A stretch of 62,861 nucleotides of DNA, the filler included, from Sphacelaria rigidula (taxonomy: Eukaryota), in assembly GCA_964200075.2 (NCBI GenBank). It is 10 parts of 10 records of this genome, joined end to end, with 100 filler letters (N's around TTAATTAATTAA, not from the genome) between each part and the next. Parts side by side here need not be neighbours in the genome. Positions count along the whole stretch, not along the records: positions 56,667 to 62,861 come from CAXNAA020021597.1; 9 more parts are not named here. The stretch is one strand, 5' to 3'. A program made the position numbers and the translations under genes. Below the pieces are notes generated by a model. It did no database searches. It saw nothing but the letters and a program-made list of their open reading frames with translations, and had not been told where the DNA came from. Shown in pieces: positions 62,797-62,861 of the stretch (positions are counted from its first letter, which is position 1; each line of letters begins with the position of its first letter).

Positions 62797-62861
62797 GCAG
62801 TCCGAAGAACTAAAACATGAGACATGTCTTGTCTCATTGTACTGCAGCACAAACGACACTT

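Overview
This is eukaryotic nuclear DNA, most likely from a brown alga or another stramenopile. That call is inferred from the short exons, roughly 1 kb GT-AG introns, TTAGGG-type repeats and the TE complement. The window is not one locus. It is ten unplaced scaffolds of 6197, 6197, 6196 (x7) and 6195 bp, sorted by length and joined by 100-bp N44-TTAATTAATTAA-N44 linkers, so nothing can be linked across a gap. Host gene fragments I can reconstruct with in-phase splice sites are: a Cys/His zinc-repeat exon, an LMF1-like exon, two exons of a pepsin-family (plasmepsin V-like) aspartic protease, two exons of a VHL-beta-domain protein, and five exons of a multi-WW-domain protein. The rest is largely mobile DNA: a LINE RT fragment; MITEs with piggyBac-, pogo/Tc1-, hAT-, Sola2- and Ginger-type termini, several with TSDs readable in the sequence; long foldback palindromes; a tRNA-derived SINE head; a nested copia/LTR cluster; and a two-LTR chromodomain gypsy element lacking its RT core. 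The most unusual item is a degenerate reading frame at about 25.2-29.5 kb with the order putative transposase remnants, then a PIN/XPG-XRN-fold nuclease, then a Cys-rich CXC finger. This matches the architecture of AcademX transposons. All family assignments come from motifs recognised by eye, not from database searches.
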